Shown: positions 39,129 through 53,583, numbered from the stretch's first letter. The stretch is 64,000 bases of DNA from Eledone cirrhosa (GCA_964016885.1 OZ024755.1:29140001-29204000); one strand, 5' to 3'. Numbers and translations: made by a program. The notes: generated by a model from the letters alone, not told the origin.

Positions 39129-40075
39129 TATTTGAAATATGGTAGTCTAATACTATATAGAAGGTTTGGTGAGAGCTATATATATATATAGCTCTCACCA
39201 AACCTTCTATATAGTATTAGACTACCATATTTCAAATATTTTAAGGGCTCACGACTAAAATGTATGACCCACAATATAAGCCATAGCCACATGCCCAAAT
39301 AAATATATAAATATTTGCAGTGATTCCTTCGAACAACTAATGAGTATGACATAAATATTATTCTCAAGCGATTACATTATATATCATCTATTTTCTTATT
39401 TCCTCTGAGAAATAGAGAAATTATGTCGTGTTAATGTGGCTAATGCTTTATAATTGCCATCGTTTCAACAGAACGCATTAATTATATGTGAAAATTGATG
39501 TTTCGTTACTGAGAAGAAACAGTAATTAAATTCTCATTAATAGTGCCATCTTATATGTGTATACTGTGTTTGAGCACTTTTAAATGTGTTTCCATTCTGA
39601 AATCGGATAATAAATCTAATAAGTTTTATTGGTGTAGATCTTAGCAATTATAATCCTTGTGTTTACGTGTATGTAAATACATTCTCATAAATCTATTTCC
39701 ACACATCCAGCCCCCTAAACTAGATTGTAACTGTCGAAATTCATATAGCTGCCCACTTAATTGATTTTAGCTTTCCTAGCAGTTTTATATTGGCTATCAA
39801 TAAAATCACTGCATGGTTTACAAACGTAATGCAAAGGACACGTTGCAATCAGTTTCAAAGCCCATTACTTGTCAAATCTTTGAAATGTGTAGGATCAGAT
39901 CATGAAATTGAACCTACACAAAATCTGGTGAGTATTGTGCGATAAATCTACACTAAATGGTATTGTTTTCCACGACTAACGTCTCTATGTACTGAATATC
40001 CGAAATATTCAACTGTCAGATTAAATCTAGCAATATAAGTTCAATGATTACAAAGCCATATAACTCACGTATGTA

Positions 40076-40246
40076 CGTGGGTGGTCTGAAATGTCTGTAG
40101 GCTGACTATGAAGAAGTTATGCTATTGCTGTTAAATCTTGCATGAATTAATTTCAACTCTTCTTATTAATAACTGCATTTTTTCCAGGGACTATCCTGAA
40201 CAATAAACCTCATTTGGTCATTCTATGAACTTTTCAACGACCATCG
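40076..40246. mobile_element. mariner-type MITE
   Basis: TA-CGTGGGTGGTCTGAAA..TTTTCAACGACCATCG-TA; homologous to 56130-56328. Confidence 0.7.
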
Positions 40247-40274
40247 TATGTATGCATTGGAATGTACCCGTAAT

Positions 40275-40443
40275 AATTGTTTCTGCTTTTGGCATAAGGC
40301 CAGCAATTACCCCAGTGCATTACTGGTACTTTATTTTATCGAACCCGTAAGGATGAAAGGCAAAGTAAACCTCGGCGGGATTTGAACTCAGACCGTAAAA
40401 GGCCATAACTCTATGCTGGAAAGCATGTCGTCCGACCCTCCAA
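40275..40443 (-). mobile_element. SINE S1 (minus strand)
   Basis: Reverse complement of S1 motifs. Confidence 0.9.
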
Positions 40444-40519
40444 ACAGTGTCAGAAAAAAAACAAAATATATATTTATATGAGAGTATTGAAGTTTGCTTG
40501 AAGCATTGTGGAACAATAA

Positions 40520-40677
40520 GTAAATATTTATAAGTCGTTTGGAAGCCTCGACAATGCAAAGGGTAAATCTCTCAACGTACACCCACCTACATATCTCTCT
40601 CTCCACCACCGGACCTTGTTACCCGGAGATTTACCCATTTGCATTGTCGAGGCTTCCAAACGACTTACAAATATTTA
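40520..40677. repeat. Inverted repeat, about 50-bp arms and 55-bp spacer
   Basis: TAAATATTT.TAAGTCGTTTGGAAGCCTCGACAATGCAAA.GGGTAAATCTC and its reverse complement. Confidence 0.8.
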
Positions 40678-40994
40678 TATATTTATATATATATTCTTTT
40701 ATCATGTTGAAACTTTGATTACATATTTAATCTCTACCAAGGGGGTGAACTAACAATGGCTTTTTTTTTTTATTGTGAACGGTTATTTTAAGAATTGCAT
40801 GATATGTTGATATCAAAGATGCAACTTTGGTGCAGTATGTTAAGTGTTATTCCACACTGGAAATAATTTACATAGAACAGAACAGCAAATGACACGCCAG
40901 CAGCTTGAAAATTCATAATACGTACATTTTCCAATGTCCGAAAGTCTTGTCACCCCTACATATTGTTTTAACTTTCATTATTTTTTGTTTTAAA

Positions 40995-41813
40995 GGGCGG
41001 TGAATTGGCAGTATCGATAGAGGGTTGGACGCCATGCTTTCTAGCATAGTTACATCCCTTTACGGTCTGAGTTCAAATCCCGTCAAGGTTAACTTTGCCT
41101 TTCATCCTTATGGGGTCGATAAAATAAAGTACCAGTAATGTACTGGGTGATTGCTGGCCTTGTGCCAAAAGTAGAAACAATTATTTTTTGTTTTAATGGG
41201 CGGTGGATTGGCAGTATCGGTAGAGGGTCGGACGCCATGCTTTGCAGCACAGTTACGTCCCTTTACGGACTGAGTTCAAGACCCGCCGAGGTTAACTTTG
41301 CCTTTCATCCTTAACGGGTCGATAAAATAAAGTACCAGTAATACACTGGAATAATTGCTGGCCATGTGCCAAAAGTAGAAACAATTATTTTTTGTTTTAA
41401 TGGGCGGTGGATTGGCAGTATCGGTAGAGGGTCGGACGCCATGCTTTCCAGCATAGTTACGTCCCTTTACGATCTGAGTTCAAATCCCGCCGAGGTTGAC
41501 TTTGCCTTTCATCCTTACCGAGTCGATAAAATAAAGTACCAGTAATGCACTGGGTAATTGCTGGCCTTGTGCCTAAAGTAGAAACAATTATTTTTTTTGC
41601 TTTAATAATATAATATATAATATCCTTAATTATAATAATAATAATAATTGTTTCTACTTTTGGCACAAGGCCAGCAATTACCCAGTTCATTATTGGTACT
41701 TTATTTTATCGACCCTGTAAGGATGAAAGGCAAAGTTAACCTCATACAGGGAGGTAACTCTATGCTTCAAAGCATAGCGTCCGACCCTCTACCGATACTG
41801 CCAATCCACCGCC
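40995..41813. mobile_element. SINE S1 cluster: three tandem + copies (40995-41592) and one - copy (41647-41813)
   Basis: S1 motifs separated by repeated TTTTTTGTTTTAA. Confidence 0.92.
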
Positions 41814-41816
41814 TAG

Positions 41817-41881
<65 letters not shown>

Positions 41882-41882
<1 letters not shown>

Positions 41883-42200
41883 TGCAAGAGAAGGAGAGGG
41901 AGAAAATTAACCGATACCAGGACCTAAAGTGGGAGGTGAAAAGGATTTGGAACTGCCATGAAGTCAAAGTGATCCCGATTGTCATAGGCGCACTGGGGAC
42001 TATCTCCAAAAGTTTCCAGGGATGGTTAAAGAAAATCGGCCCCTTCACGCTTTTTGGAACGCTTCAAAAGGCATGCTTGCTTGGAACAGCAAGAACCCTC
42101 CGATACGTCCTGAATATCTGAGGCTGCAGGTAGTGGCTTGATATTCAATCCAACGGACTTTCCAGTTAACCAACATCAATGACTGAGATTCAAGGAATAG
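41882..42200 (+). mobile_element. R4/Dong-clade non-LTR retrotransposon, 5'-truncated, inserted in (TAA)n
   Basis: KEREKINRYQDLKWEVKRIW..VIPIVIGALGT..LQKACLLGTARTLR RLE C-terminus, stop 42119-42121; (AAT)n on both sides. Confidence 0.85.
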
Positions 42201-42213
42201 CAACAACAATAAT

Positions 42214-42246
<33 letters not shown>

Positions 42247-42249
<3 letters not shown>

Positions 42250-42388
42250 TGTTTCTACTTTAGGCACAAGGCCAGCAATTACCCAGTACATTACTGGTAC
42301 TTTATGTTATCGACCCCGTAAGGATGAAAGGCAAAGTTAACCTTGGCGGGATTTGAACTCAGACGTAAAGGGACGTAACTATGCTAGA
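42247..42388 (-). mobile_element. SINE S1 (minus strand, 5'-truncated)
   Basis: S1 motifs between (AAT)n runs. Confidence 0.85.
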
Positions 42389-42689
42389 ATAATAATAATA
42401 TAATGTTCTATTTCCTGAATCCAGTACATGTGCTTCGTATTACTGTATTACTTGTCCTGCTATTGTTCTCATTCCTTTTTGGTAGGCGGTGACAAGACTT
42501 TCAGACCACCCTGTATATTTCAAATTGTTTGGCAGAAGTTGTAGAAATAGTCATATATAGTTATATCCAATGTATTTTACCTCAGGCGTCATGAACTCCA
42601 TGTTGGTCTTCTCTCGGTTGTTGTTAATCTATCTGCTTATATGTTATGTCTAGGCAACTATATCTATCTACAGTCATTTCATTTTCTTC

Positions 42690-42825
<136 letters not shown>

Positions 42826-42834
42826 ATATATGTA

Positions 42835-42871
<37 letters not shown>

Positions 42872-42882
42872 GTATATATATG

Positions 42883-42977
<95 letters not shown>

Positions 42978-43004
42978 GTATATATATGTATATGTATATA
43001 TATG

Positions 43005-43128
<124 letters not shown>

Positions 43129-43135
43129 CACACAC

Positions 43136-43240
<105 letters not shown>

Positions 43241-43351
43241 CATATATACATATATATATACATATATGTATATAAACATATATATGTATATATATACATA
43301 TATACATTTATATATATATATATATGTATATATATACACACATATATATAC

Positions 43352-43382
<31 letters not shown>

Positions 43383-43503
43383 TATATATACATATATATA
43401 TACACACACACACATATATACACCCACACACTCATATGCATATATACATACGCACACACACACACACATATCATATATATATATATATACACACACACTC
43501 ATG

Positions 43504-43552
<49 letters not shown>

Positions 43553-43687
43553 CATATATATATATATATACACACACACACTCATATGCATATATACATA
43601 CACACACACACACATATGCATATATACATACACACACACACACACACACACACATATGCATATATACATACACACATATATATATAT

Positions 43688-44207
43688 GTCAAACTTGTCA
43701 TCTTCAATTCGGTATTCATGCCAACCCTTAGCTATGGTCATGAATCTTGCGTAATGACCGAAAAATACGATCGCGAATACCAGCGGCCTAAATGGAGTTC
43801 CTCCGAAGGGTCTTTGGAGTAACGTTACTTGATAGAGTGCGTCGCTGAGAGAAAAGAGTGTTACTCCAGTTAGAGGTGCAACAACTCCGAATTCAGAGAT
43901 CACAGCCCTGATACTACGAATATGTGGTGAGAATGTCTCAGGAAAGACTCACTGGAAATATTTTACGGTAAAAACTAACAGACAGGAGGCCCAGGTGTAG
44001 ATATCTCACTTGGGGATCCAGTTGGATCAGTTAGAGAGTGTAGCTCTTGACAGGACTCGCTGGAGAGATTTTGTTTGAGGACTCTGCCCCCATGACTCCC
44101 TCCTAGGAGGAGGAGGAGGAGGAGGAGGAGAAGAAGGAGAAGAAGAAGAAGAAGAAGAAGAAGAAGAAGAAGAAGAAGAAGAAGAAGAAGAAGAAGAAGA
44201 AGAAGAA
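43688..44207 (+). mobile_element. RTE-clade LINE 3' fragment with (GAG)n/(AAG)n tail
   Basis: [36 protein letters not shown] (frameshifted). Confidence 0.8.
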
Positions 44208-45042
44208 GGTTTTCTTTTTATTTCATCTTATATTTTGTTTAATTTTTAATTTTATTAAAATTATATTACCTATTTTAGAAATGTTTTCCTTTTGCTCAAT
44301 TTCTTTTCTTGTCACACAGTTTTGATTTTGTTATTTTTTATGTCATCATTTATTTCTTTAAATTTTTAATTCATTTTACTTTTGATTGCATTTATTTTTT
44401 TCATGTCGGGTTGTATTAACATTTGATCTTGTTAAAGTTTTCATTTCATCTATTTTTCTTGGAATATATGTTTCATTTAGTTCTTTATTTCGTTGTTTTA
44501 GATATTCAAGACGTTTATCTTCACATTTAATCAATTGCCATTTATCTCAAATAGTTTTTCTTTTTTCTAATTTTGCTACATCAAGTGGAGATCTTTAAGT
44601 TTTCTACACTAATTTGATGTTATTTTTACATTTGAATTAGTAAAAAAAAAAATAGAAATTAAAATGTGGGCGTAATGAACATTTCAAGCCCTATACAGGA
44701 GCGAGCTGTAAGTGAAGGAAGCATGCTTATTAGCTAGTAGATTATATATTGACGATCGATATTTTAACGTCCTTTGTGATTCTATTAAATTTTTATCCAA
44801 CAGATTAATTTAAAATGATACAGGGGAGAATCTTGGATCAAAAGCTCTGGAAATGTTATGAGTGGATATATACAAAGTTTCAAAATGAAAGTTTCTGCTT
44901 TAGAAACCAATCGCAAGGATGTATCATACGTTTGCTCCATCCTCTCGGCAAAGAGCTATAGTTTTGTATTACTATGTCCACATTCTATATAAAGTAATGT
45001 ATCATCATTGTATGTCTGACATTATTGTATATAATATCTGTC

Positions 45043-45322
45043 TGAGGAGGCCAAACTCTCCAAATACCGGTCGCTCTCCGATAGGTTTGCGCTCGTACCC
45101 TTGGCAGTGGAGACTTCTGGTGTCCTCGGCTCTAGGGCTACCTCCCTATTGACTACCATAGATGCTGAGCTGGCCAGCTGCAGGTCTAAGCCTCGCGAGT
45201 TGGAATGGCTCTTCCAAAGCATCTCCCTTATCCATCCGCCAGGGAAACGCCTTCTCCATTCTGTCCGCCGGGATTGTGGGGAGAGCCAGGGAGATGGAGG
45301 CGATGACAGTGGGAGTTCGACT
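45043..45322 (+). mobile_element. CRE-clade 3' fragment, second copy
   Basis: High similarity to 27086-27316; continues into sequence matching the 26.4-26.9 kb minisatellite unit on the opposite strand. Confidence 0.75.
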
Positions 45323-45695
45323 GATTGATTCTTGTAGCATTCATTTGCCGTTGCCACATTATATCCTACCCCACTGACTGTCCTAAGTCTGCAAGTCTGC
45401 TGTTATATAATATATTCCACAAATAATGCTTTCAGTTGCTGAAAAGTTTTTTTTTTTTTTATATATCAAACAAATCCAGGTATTTCTTCTGGGATTTTGA
45501 GGCAATTGTATTACAAAAGAAAAGAAAAGCATTAGCAAACATTGTAGGATTAGTAGGAAACCAACTTCGAATGTAGAATAGCTGATGTATCTATATTGAA
45601 CGGTTTTATTCATTGCTACAACATAGTAAATAAATTTAAATAGCAAAATGTTCTTTCAGGGATAGTATATTTATACATAAAGAATCTTCACGAAC

Positions 45696-45989
45696 ATGTC
45701 ATTTTTAAATTCCAAATTAAAGGAATCCGATGAGGTAAATAAGGTAAAATATAATAACATATTTTCTATTGAGGAAATACGTACCCATTGCTTTCATAAG
45801 AATTCGATATAGAAAAAGCTTTCATAAGACTGCATGATTTTCTATAATTCTTGAATAGATTATTGTGGATGACGTTTTATTGTGCAATGCAGTATCGTCA
45901 TTCAAATGTGCTGTATTGAAAAGAATTTCGCTTCATATCAGCAATGGATACTCGGAAATGTGTGGTTCCCAGGACATGGTTGTTCACAG
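45696..45989 (+). CDS. Candidate two-exon host coding start (45696-45734, 45859-45989), unknown protein
   Basis: TTCTTTCAG acceptor at 45659, ATG, GAG|GTAAAT, 124-nt intron ending TAG, phase-0 match to the only open frame, CAG|GTAAGA donor. Confidence 0.4.
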
Positions 45990-46454
45990 GTAAGATATTG
46001 TATTAAAAGTTCCAATGGAAATATTCCAACAAAGAATGTTTCATGAAATCAATGAAATGAAGTTTAAATAATATAAATGGTTATTCTGCCCTTAAGGAAA
46101 TATATTGCCAAAGAAAACCGATATTTGTGTATATTCCTTTGTGGGCGGTGACGAATATCAGTTTTCAGGCGAAGGCGGTTTTGTTTATCAGCAGACAGAT
46201 ATATGCCGTAGGAGAAATATTAGTGTAGCGTCAATTTAACAATTTTCTGCAGACGTTTGTTTTCAAATTTATTTCTTATAGTTTAATATACACACTATTA
46301 AAGCTATACAAGATGTGTTGACATTTTCAGTGTTCTTTCCTTCGTTTCATAGTTCCAATATATATAAAATATGTATTATATAGAAATAGAAATTGCAATG
46401 TTTCCGTGAGACTTCCTGCGTTTAGTAGAAGGTAAATGTTTCTTCGTTTAGTAT

Positions 46455-46630
46455 TGTCACCTTGATCGACCAGTCTGTCCAGCGTCCATTCGGCGCCGCT
46501 GGTCACAGCACGCCGTCCATTCCTCTCTGGATCGTGCTTTCCTCATCCATGTAGTGCCAATCGTATTCCTAAAATCGTAACTCCACCTTCGTGGAGGCAT
46601 TCAGAGTAGTCGTTTCTGCTCGCGTGTATA
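46455..46630 (-). mobile_element. RTE LINE 3' end
   Basis: Y.REQKR..PPRRWSYDF..G.TW.RKARSREEW motif. Confidence 0.7.
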
Positions 46631-46914
46631 GAAGACAAAATAACATTTGCGGGGGTTGAACAAAGAGTGTAAAGGTACTCGTTAAATCCTCAATATATCT
46701 AGTCCAACACACCCTCAATGTCTATACACATCTCTCTTAGTACCAATATATATATTTCATTTCTGAACTACCGAGTGATCTGTTTATGATATATGTTTAT
46801 GTTAGTTATAGATCGTGTTTTATTAGTAGTAGCATTCCAGTACTAGTGTTGATAAAATCGACTGAAAGTGCTGGCCTTTTGACTAAATCAGAACCCCTTA
46901 TTATTTGTTTGAAC

Positions 46915-47300
46915 TGGTGGAACGCCAGACACCATGCTTCGCAGCATAGAGTTGTGGCCTTTTACGTCCTGAGTTCAAATCCTGCCGAGGTTAGCTTTTG
47001 CCTCACATCCTTAAGGAGACGATAAAATACAGCACCAGTAATGTACTGAGGGTAATTGCTGGCCTTGTGCCAAAAGTAGAAACAATTATCATCATTATCG
47101 TCATTGCGTAGATTGGCAGTATCGGTAGAGTGTCAGACACTATGCTTTGCAGCATAGAGTTATGGCCTTTTAAGTTCTGAGTTCAAATCCCACCGAGGTT
47201 AGCTTTGCCTTACATCTTTAAAGGGTCGATAAAGCACCAGTAATGAACTGGGGGGGGGGGGGTTGATGTTGGCCTTGTGCCAAAAGTAGAAACAATTATT
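46915..47300 (+). mobile_element. Two tandem SINE S1 copies
   Basis: Both enclosed by one direct repeat TTATTTGTTTGAACT. Confidence 0.88.
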
Positions 47301-47555
47301 ATTTGTTTGAACTAGGACGGGGTTTAAGCTTACCAGTTAAAAATTGAACGAAATATCTTCCTACATTTAGTTACGACTCATTGAAGTGTTACAATTTCGT
47401 ATAAGGCTATCAGATTATGATCTAATGGTGTAGAAAGGATCTGACTATTGACCGAGTCCATAGTAAAGATAGACACTCTGCCTTCTTTTGTCTGGTGGTG
47501 GTGGTAGCGGAAGAGATTGTGTGATTGGCTATGTGGAAATATATATATATATATA

Positions 47556-47693
<138 letters not shown>

Positions 47694-47694
47694 C

Positions 47695-47752
<58 letters not shown>

Positions 47753-47783
47753 ATATATATATATATATGTGTATATATATATA

Positions 47784-47873
<90 letters not shown>

Positions 47874-47935
47874 TATATATATATGTGTGTATATATATAT
47901 ATGCATATATATATATGTGTGTATATATATATATA

Positions 47936-47970
<35 letters not shown>

Positions 47971-48053
47971 GCATATATATATATGTGTGTATATATATAT
48001 ATGCATATATATATATGTGTGTATATATATATATATATATGTGTATATATATA

Positions 48054-48123
<70 letters not shown>

Positions 48124-48201
48124 CATATATATATATGTATATACATATATATATATGTATATATATATATATGCATATATATAATATATATGTGTATATG
48201 C

Positions 48202-48292
<91 letters not shown>

Positions 48293-48297
48293 CATAC

Positions 48298-48518
48298 TAT
48301 CTTCAATAACCACAGCTTACATAATTCCCCAAACCTCCATACACATCAACACACACTCTGTCACGTATATATACATATATGTATAAAAAAAATATATACA
48401 CATATATTTATACACACACACATATATATATATATATATATGTCTATGTATATACATATATATATATGTATGTATGTATATACATATATATATATATGTA
48501 TATACATATATATATATG

Positions 48519-48557
<39 letters not shown>

Positions 48558-48701
48558 ATATATATATATATATGTATGTATATACATATATATATGTATG
48601 TACATATATATATATATGTATGTATGTATATATAGATATATGCATATATATGTATGTATGTATATACATATATATATATATATATGTGTGTGTATGTATA
48701 T

Positions 48702-48781
<80 letters not shown>

Positions 48782-48912
48782 ATATAAATATATATGTATC
48801 TTTATATATGTGTATATATATGTTTATACATATATGTATACATACGTGAGAGACTGTGTGTTTATGTATATGGCAGTTTGGGGAATTCTGTAAGCTGTGG
48901 TTATTGAAGATA
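48298..48912. mobile_element. MITE-like element: about 70-bp TIRs enclosing microsatellite
   Basis: TATCTTCAATAACCACAGCTTACA.AATTCCCCAAAC..CACGT and its reverse complement at 48845-48912. Confidence 0.7.
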
Positions 48913-49831
48913 GATGCAGCAACCGTTTACTATATCATTTGCTAACGTACGTCATAAGACTTGATGTACGTTATCAAAACTCAATCCATTAAGAATAAAT
49001 AAGACATTACTCGATTTTTTTTTTATATTCACTTTGCAAATGACTCCCTGTTGGTGATGCTAGGCGTTTTTGGTGTTTTTGTTGTTTTTTTTTAGGTTTA
49101 TTTTTAGGCTTGTTTGTCTATTTCTAGGCTTCAAATTATTTATTTCCCCTCTGGTCTTCGTTAATTATCATGACTGTTGACGTATTCTGTCAGTTAATGT
49201 TAAAACATGTAATACTCACATATGCACTAAATCCATGTGGATATGTCTAACTTGAATATCCATTAGTGCTTCAACCTTTATACACCATGCTTCATTAATA
49301 TTGGCAGGGATGTATGGCGATTACTGTACTGAAATTGCAGTGACATTCATTGGATTCTAAGGCGTATTTTCACTTTATTTTTTTTTCTCTTGAACATGAA
49401 CGATTTCGTTTAATAAGACCTATATCAATTTAAATTTGGACTATTTTGTTTTCATTTATTATCTCTTCGTAGTGTTTATGAGTCTAATCAAATCGTAGTC
49501 TAATCAAATCGTAGTGTTTATGAGTCTAATCAAATCTAACCCTCATGTATTGTATAGCTGGAGAAGAGACGTACTCAAATAGACTAAGATAGACAACTAT
49601 TTACTCAGATAAATTAAAATGCAGAAAAACATTCTTCAAAAAATGTCATATATTTCAACTTTCCAAATATTAGTCTAATATAATACTTCGAATATGAGTG
49701 AAAGCCAATCAGTATATTAGTATACTATTTATGATTTACAATCGTAGAGTGTATAGAAGCCGACGAAAGAGACGGTGCTGTCACTGGACTTGATTTAACA
49801 TTTTAGAAAATTTCCTCATAAATCAATCACT

Positions 49832-50657
49832 GATGGATTGGCAGTATCGATAGAGGGTCGGACACTATGCTTTCCAGCATAGTTAAGTCCCTTTACAATC
49901 TGAGTTCAAATTCTGCTGAAGTTAACTCTGCCGTTCGTCCTTACGGGGTCGATAAAATGAAGTACCAGTAATGTACTGGGTATTTGCTGGTCTTGTGCCA
50001 AAAGTAGAAACAATTTTTTAATAGAAGAATATAGAATCGATGGGGTGTGGACAAACATATTTATTTTATTTTTTGACGCCCTAGATAAGATATTTTCTGG
50101 AACGGAAGAACAAAACCCATATATACCAGACGTATACCAAAAACTGGTCGTATATTTTATACCAGTAAAAAAAAAAAAATATAAGTGCGAGGAAATATAA
50201 TTATCATTCCGAGAAAAATATTTACCTTTTCGTAATTATTTTACTATTGTGTGTACACATATAGGGAAATTGTAATTTGAAACTAATACGTTAATATATT
50301 TCACGTAGCCATGGAATTGCATCATTTTGTCGCCAGTGAAGCTGTATACCTTTTGAAACTAACTTCAGGCTTATATTTATAGATAATTGCTGGTATTAAA
50401 TGTATAAAATTTGAAACAAATCTAGGCGTGTTTTGAACTGAATCCATAGATCATCGAAACTATAAAGACTCGGACGAAGTTTCTACAATGTTTCTCTAAT
50501 TACAAGTATTTTCCATCACTATACTCCCATTTCTACCAATTAAACAGGGTCAATAGAAGTGACACTTGGACTTGGCAGATATTATGTTTCATCCACGGTG
50601 GTGGATTAGCAGTATCGGTAGTTGGTCGGGCGCCATGCTTTGCAGCATAGAGTTACG
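49832..50657 (+). mobile_element. SINE S1 (49832-50015) and S1 5' fragment (50599-50657)
   Basis: S1 motifs. Confidence 0.8.
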
Positions 50658-50736
50658 GTGATTTACATATGCATACATTTATACGAAGGAGCAAGGAGAT
50701 CGAACTCACACCCTCACTTTTGCGAATCCAATTCTT

Positions 50737-50775
<39 letters not shown>

Positions 50776-50779
50776 GTAT

Positions 50780-51010
50780 ACGTTATTCCGGGTTGAATCG
50801 GAGGTAACCACAGTAATTAAGGTACTCAATACATTGCAGAGTATAAAAGTTTTAATATAGATGAGATTCTACAGGACTAGAACTGTTTCATTCTTTAGAA
50901 ATCATCAGGAATCATTCCTGATGATTTCTAAAGAATCATCAGGAATCATTCCTGATGATTTCTAAAGAATGAAACAGTTCTAGTCCTGTAGAATCTCATC
51001 TATATTAAAA

Positions 51011-51012
<2 letters not shown>
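50780..51012. mobile_element. Family B palindromic element with complete HHRs on both strands (50866-50912 -, 50948-50994 +)
   Basis: ATTC-CTGATGA-T-TTC(taaa)GAA-T-GAAAC-AG(ttctagtc)CT-GTA/GAAT. Confidence 0.85.
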
Positions 51013-51056
<44 letters not shown>

Positions 51057-51290
51057 CAATATCGGAGAAAGCTTTTTAGCGATACTCCGGCCAAATTCCA
51101 ACTCACTCAACAAACTTTAGTAAATAAGTGATTATATTCCTAACTATGCGTTCGGGGTGCTAACTAAAAGTATTGCGTGGAAAATTGGCTGTATTATTTC
51201 AAATGAGACATATCTAATATATCTCTTCCCAGACGGACGTCTCGTTTCGTTATAGGATTCCTACAATTTGGGTGAAATTATACCAATTTA

Positions 51291-51688
51291 TGTAGATGAG
51301 ATTCTATAGGACAAGAACTGTTTCATTCTTTAGAAATCATCAGGATGCCTGATGATTTCTAAAGAATGAAACAGTTCTAATCCTGTAGAATCTCATCTAA
51401 ATTAAAACTTGTATACTCTGCTATGTATTGAGTACCTTACTTACTGTGGTTACCTCCGATTCAACCCGGAATAACATATATATATAAAAGAAAGTAGGTT
51501 TTTTTTTTCAAAATGAAAAAAAAAACGAGGTGCCCTTCACGAGTGAAAGTATAAGGAAAATAGATGAAATCGAAAATGCAACTGGGGTCTTTTTTTTTTT
51601 TAAATGTATTTATTTAGTTCCTTTACTGGTTTCGCAGCTCTTGTGTTTTTCAAAAGTAGAATTGAGATGGAGGGTTTGTGGTTTATCT

Positions 51689-51690
<2 letters not shown>
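51291..51690. mobile_element. Family B element (51291-51476) and family D element (51487-51690, minus)
   Basis: Homology to 9522-9713 and 9940-10142. Confidence 0.8.
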
Positions 51691-51774
<84 letters not shown>

Positions 51775-52779
51775 AATATAAATTCAGCGAGAATCGCATT
51801 TCGGCGAGAAAAAGCGAAACGTAACGCAATACTATAATATAATATATATATATATATATTTTTTTTTTTTTTCAAAAGTATGTCCCCAGCCCGGAGCTTT
51901 CGCGATCAGTTCCACGTTGGGTCACATTAGACAGATTTTTTCTACGTTAACATTAGATAGAACTTGTGAGTGAAAGTTGGTAGACAAACTAAGCAGAGAC
52001 CCATCGTATATGTGTGCGTGTATTTGTCGCAGAGGATGTATCGGGGTGTCTTCAACAATGTTTTACATTAATATTTGTATATATTTCATATCTTAGCGAT
52101 TTAACAAATAGAAATCTATAATCTATAAAACACATACCTTACTCAAAATATTAGTGCTGGTGTTGATATAATAAACTGAATACTTTGAACGTAGTCACCA
52201 AGTATAACCGCAGTATAATGTCTGAAACAGTAAAAATAAATATTCTTCTATCTACTTATCTGTCATTTATAAACAAACATTCTCTTCGATTTTCTCTTGA
52301 TACAAATTTCTAGAAAATCTCTCGTCCTTTGTTTTATCTCCTTGCCATTGGCTATATAGATTGCTATTCATTCTCATTTTCTCTTTCATTTAGGTTCATT
52401 TATAGTTTTCACTTTGTTATTTTATCTTCCCCTTTTCTCTTTTTTCGCTTTCTCCTTCTACTATATTTTATTACTTTTGTTTTTTGTTTATTTCTAAACT
52501 ATACTACAGACAATAAAATTATTATTTTTTTTTTTATATTTCCAAGTTTATATATTAATATCATTGTTGTATTACAGAAATCACGACATAATCGCTACAG
52601 AAATGTGATTCTCTTAAAAGACCTATAAGTTTCAAAGAACCAGTACAATGCAGTAGAAATATATAAACGGGCAAGGATGACAATTAAAACAAAACAAAGC
52701 TAATGTTTCCAGTATATTACCTTTTTTTATTCAAATCCGAAGCAGAAACGGTTCAAAGAAAGAGAGAACGATCAGTATT

Positions 52780-53583
52780 CTTCCTTAAATGGCCTATGTG
52801 TCTGGAATACGCATGCATATAAAGACGTCTTCTTGTGAACGTGACCTGAGCATTACTGTCAGCAGCGATTTACGTTGGACGAAGCACGTCTCTAAAATTG
52901 TCAAGAAGGCCTAGGATGTCTTTGCATCACTCAGCAAGACCTTTGTCAGCCACTCTCCAGCTGTCTATTTATAGCTGCATTAGCTATAGTGCGGCCACAC
53001 TTAGAATTTGCATCACCAGTCTGGAACCCCTATCGTGCTCAGAACATCGACCTCCTGGAAACTGTTCAGAGACATGCAACCAAGCGAATACCCTCCACCA
53101 GGCATCTACTATACTCTGAACGCCTTGCTTCCCTGGGCATGGATACATTGAAGCTCCGACGTCGGGCAACTGACTTGGTAAACACCCACAAAATTGTTAA
53201 CCATCTTGCCAACAACAACCTTGAGTACCTTTTTGATTTCCATCTGTCTAACACACGTGGACATGGCTACAAAGTCAGAAAGCAGCACAGCTCCCATGAC
53301 TTTCGGAAACATATTTTCACTCTCAGAGTTGCTGAAGCATGGAACAAACTACCTGTCGAGACACTGCATCCTTTAAAATCTCCATGCTTCCTGAAATTCA
53401 CTACACCTGATGCCCCCCCCCCCCTCTCCATACACATGCACACATGTATATCATGACTCGTACACTGTTCATTTTCCTGACATTTGTACATTATTTATTC
53501 TATGTACTATACATGTACTTTTGATGAGTTGTAGTGCACCTGAGTACTGTACGCAATAATTTCATTATTATTATCATTATTAT
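52780..53583 (+). mobile_element. CR1-group LINE 3' fragment with (ATT)n tail
   Basis: ERDL.I.VSSDL.W.KHV; RPHLEFASPVWNP..LE.VQR.ATK; Y.ERL..L..RR..DL; TRGH; F..RV..WNKLP. Confidence 0.9.

Noticed and set aside
41648-42121. 157-aa ORF with poly-Asn
   Set aside because: Chimera of antisense SINE, (AAT)n and a Dong fragment
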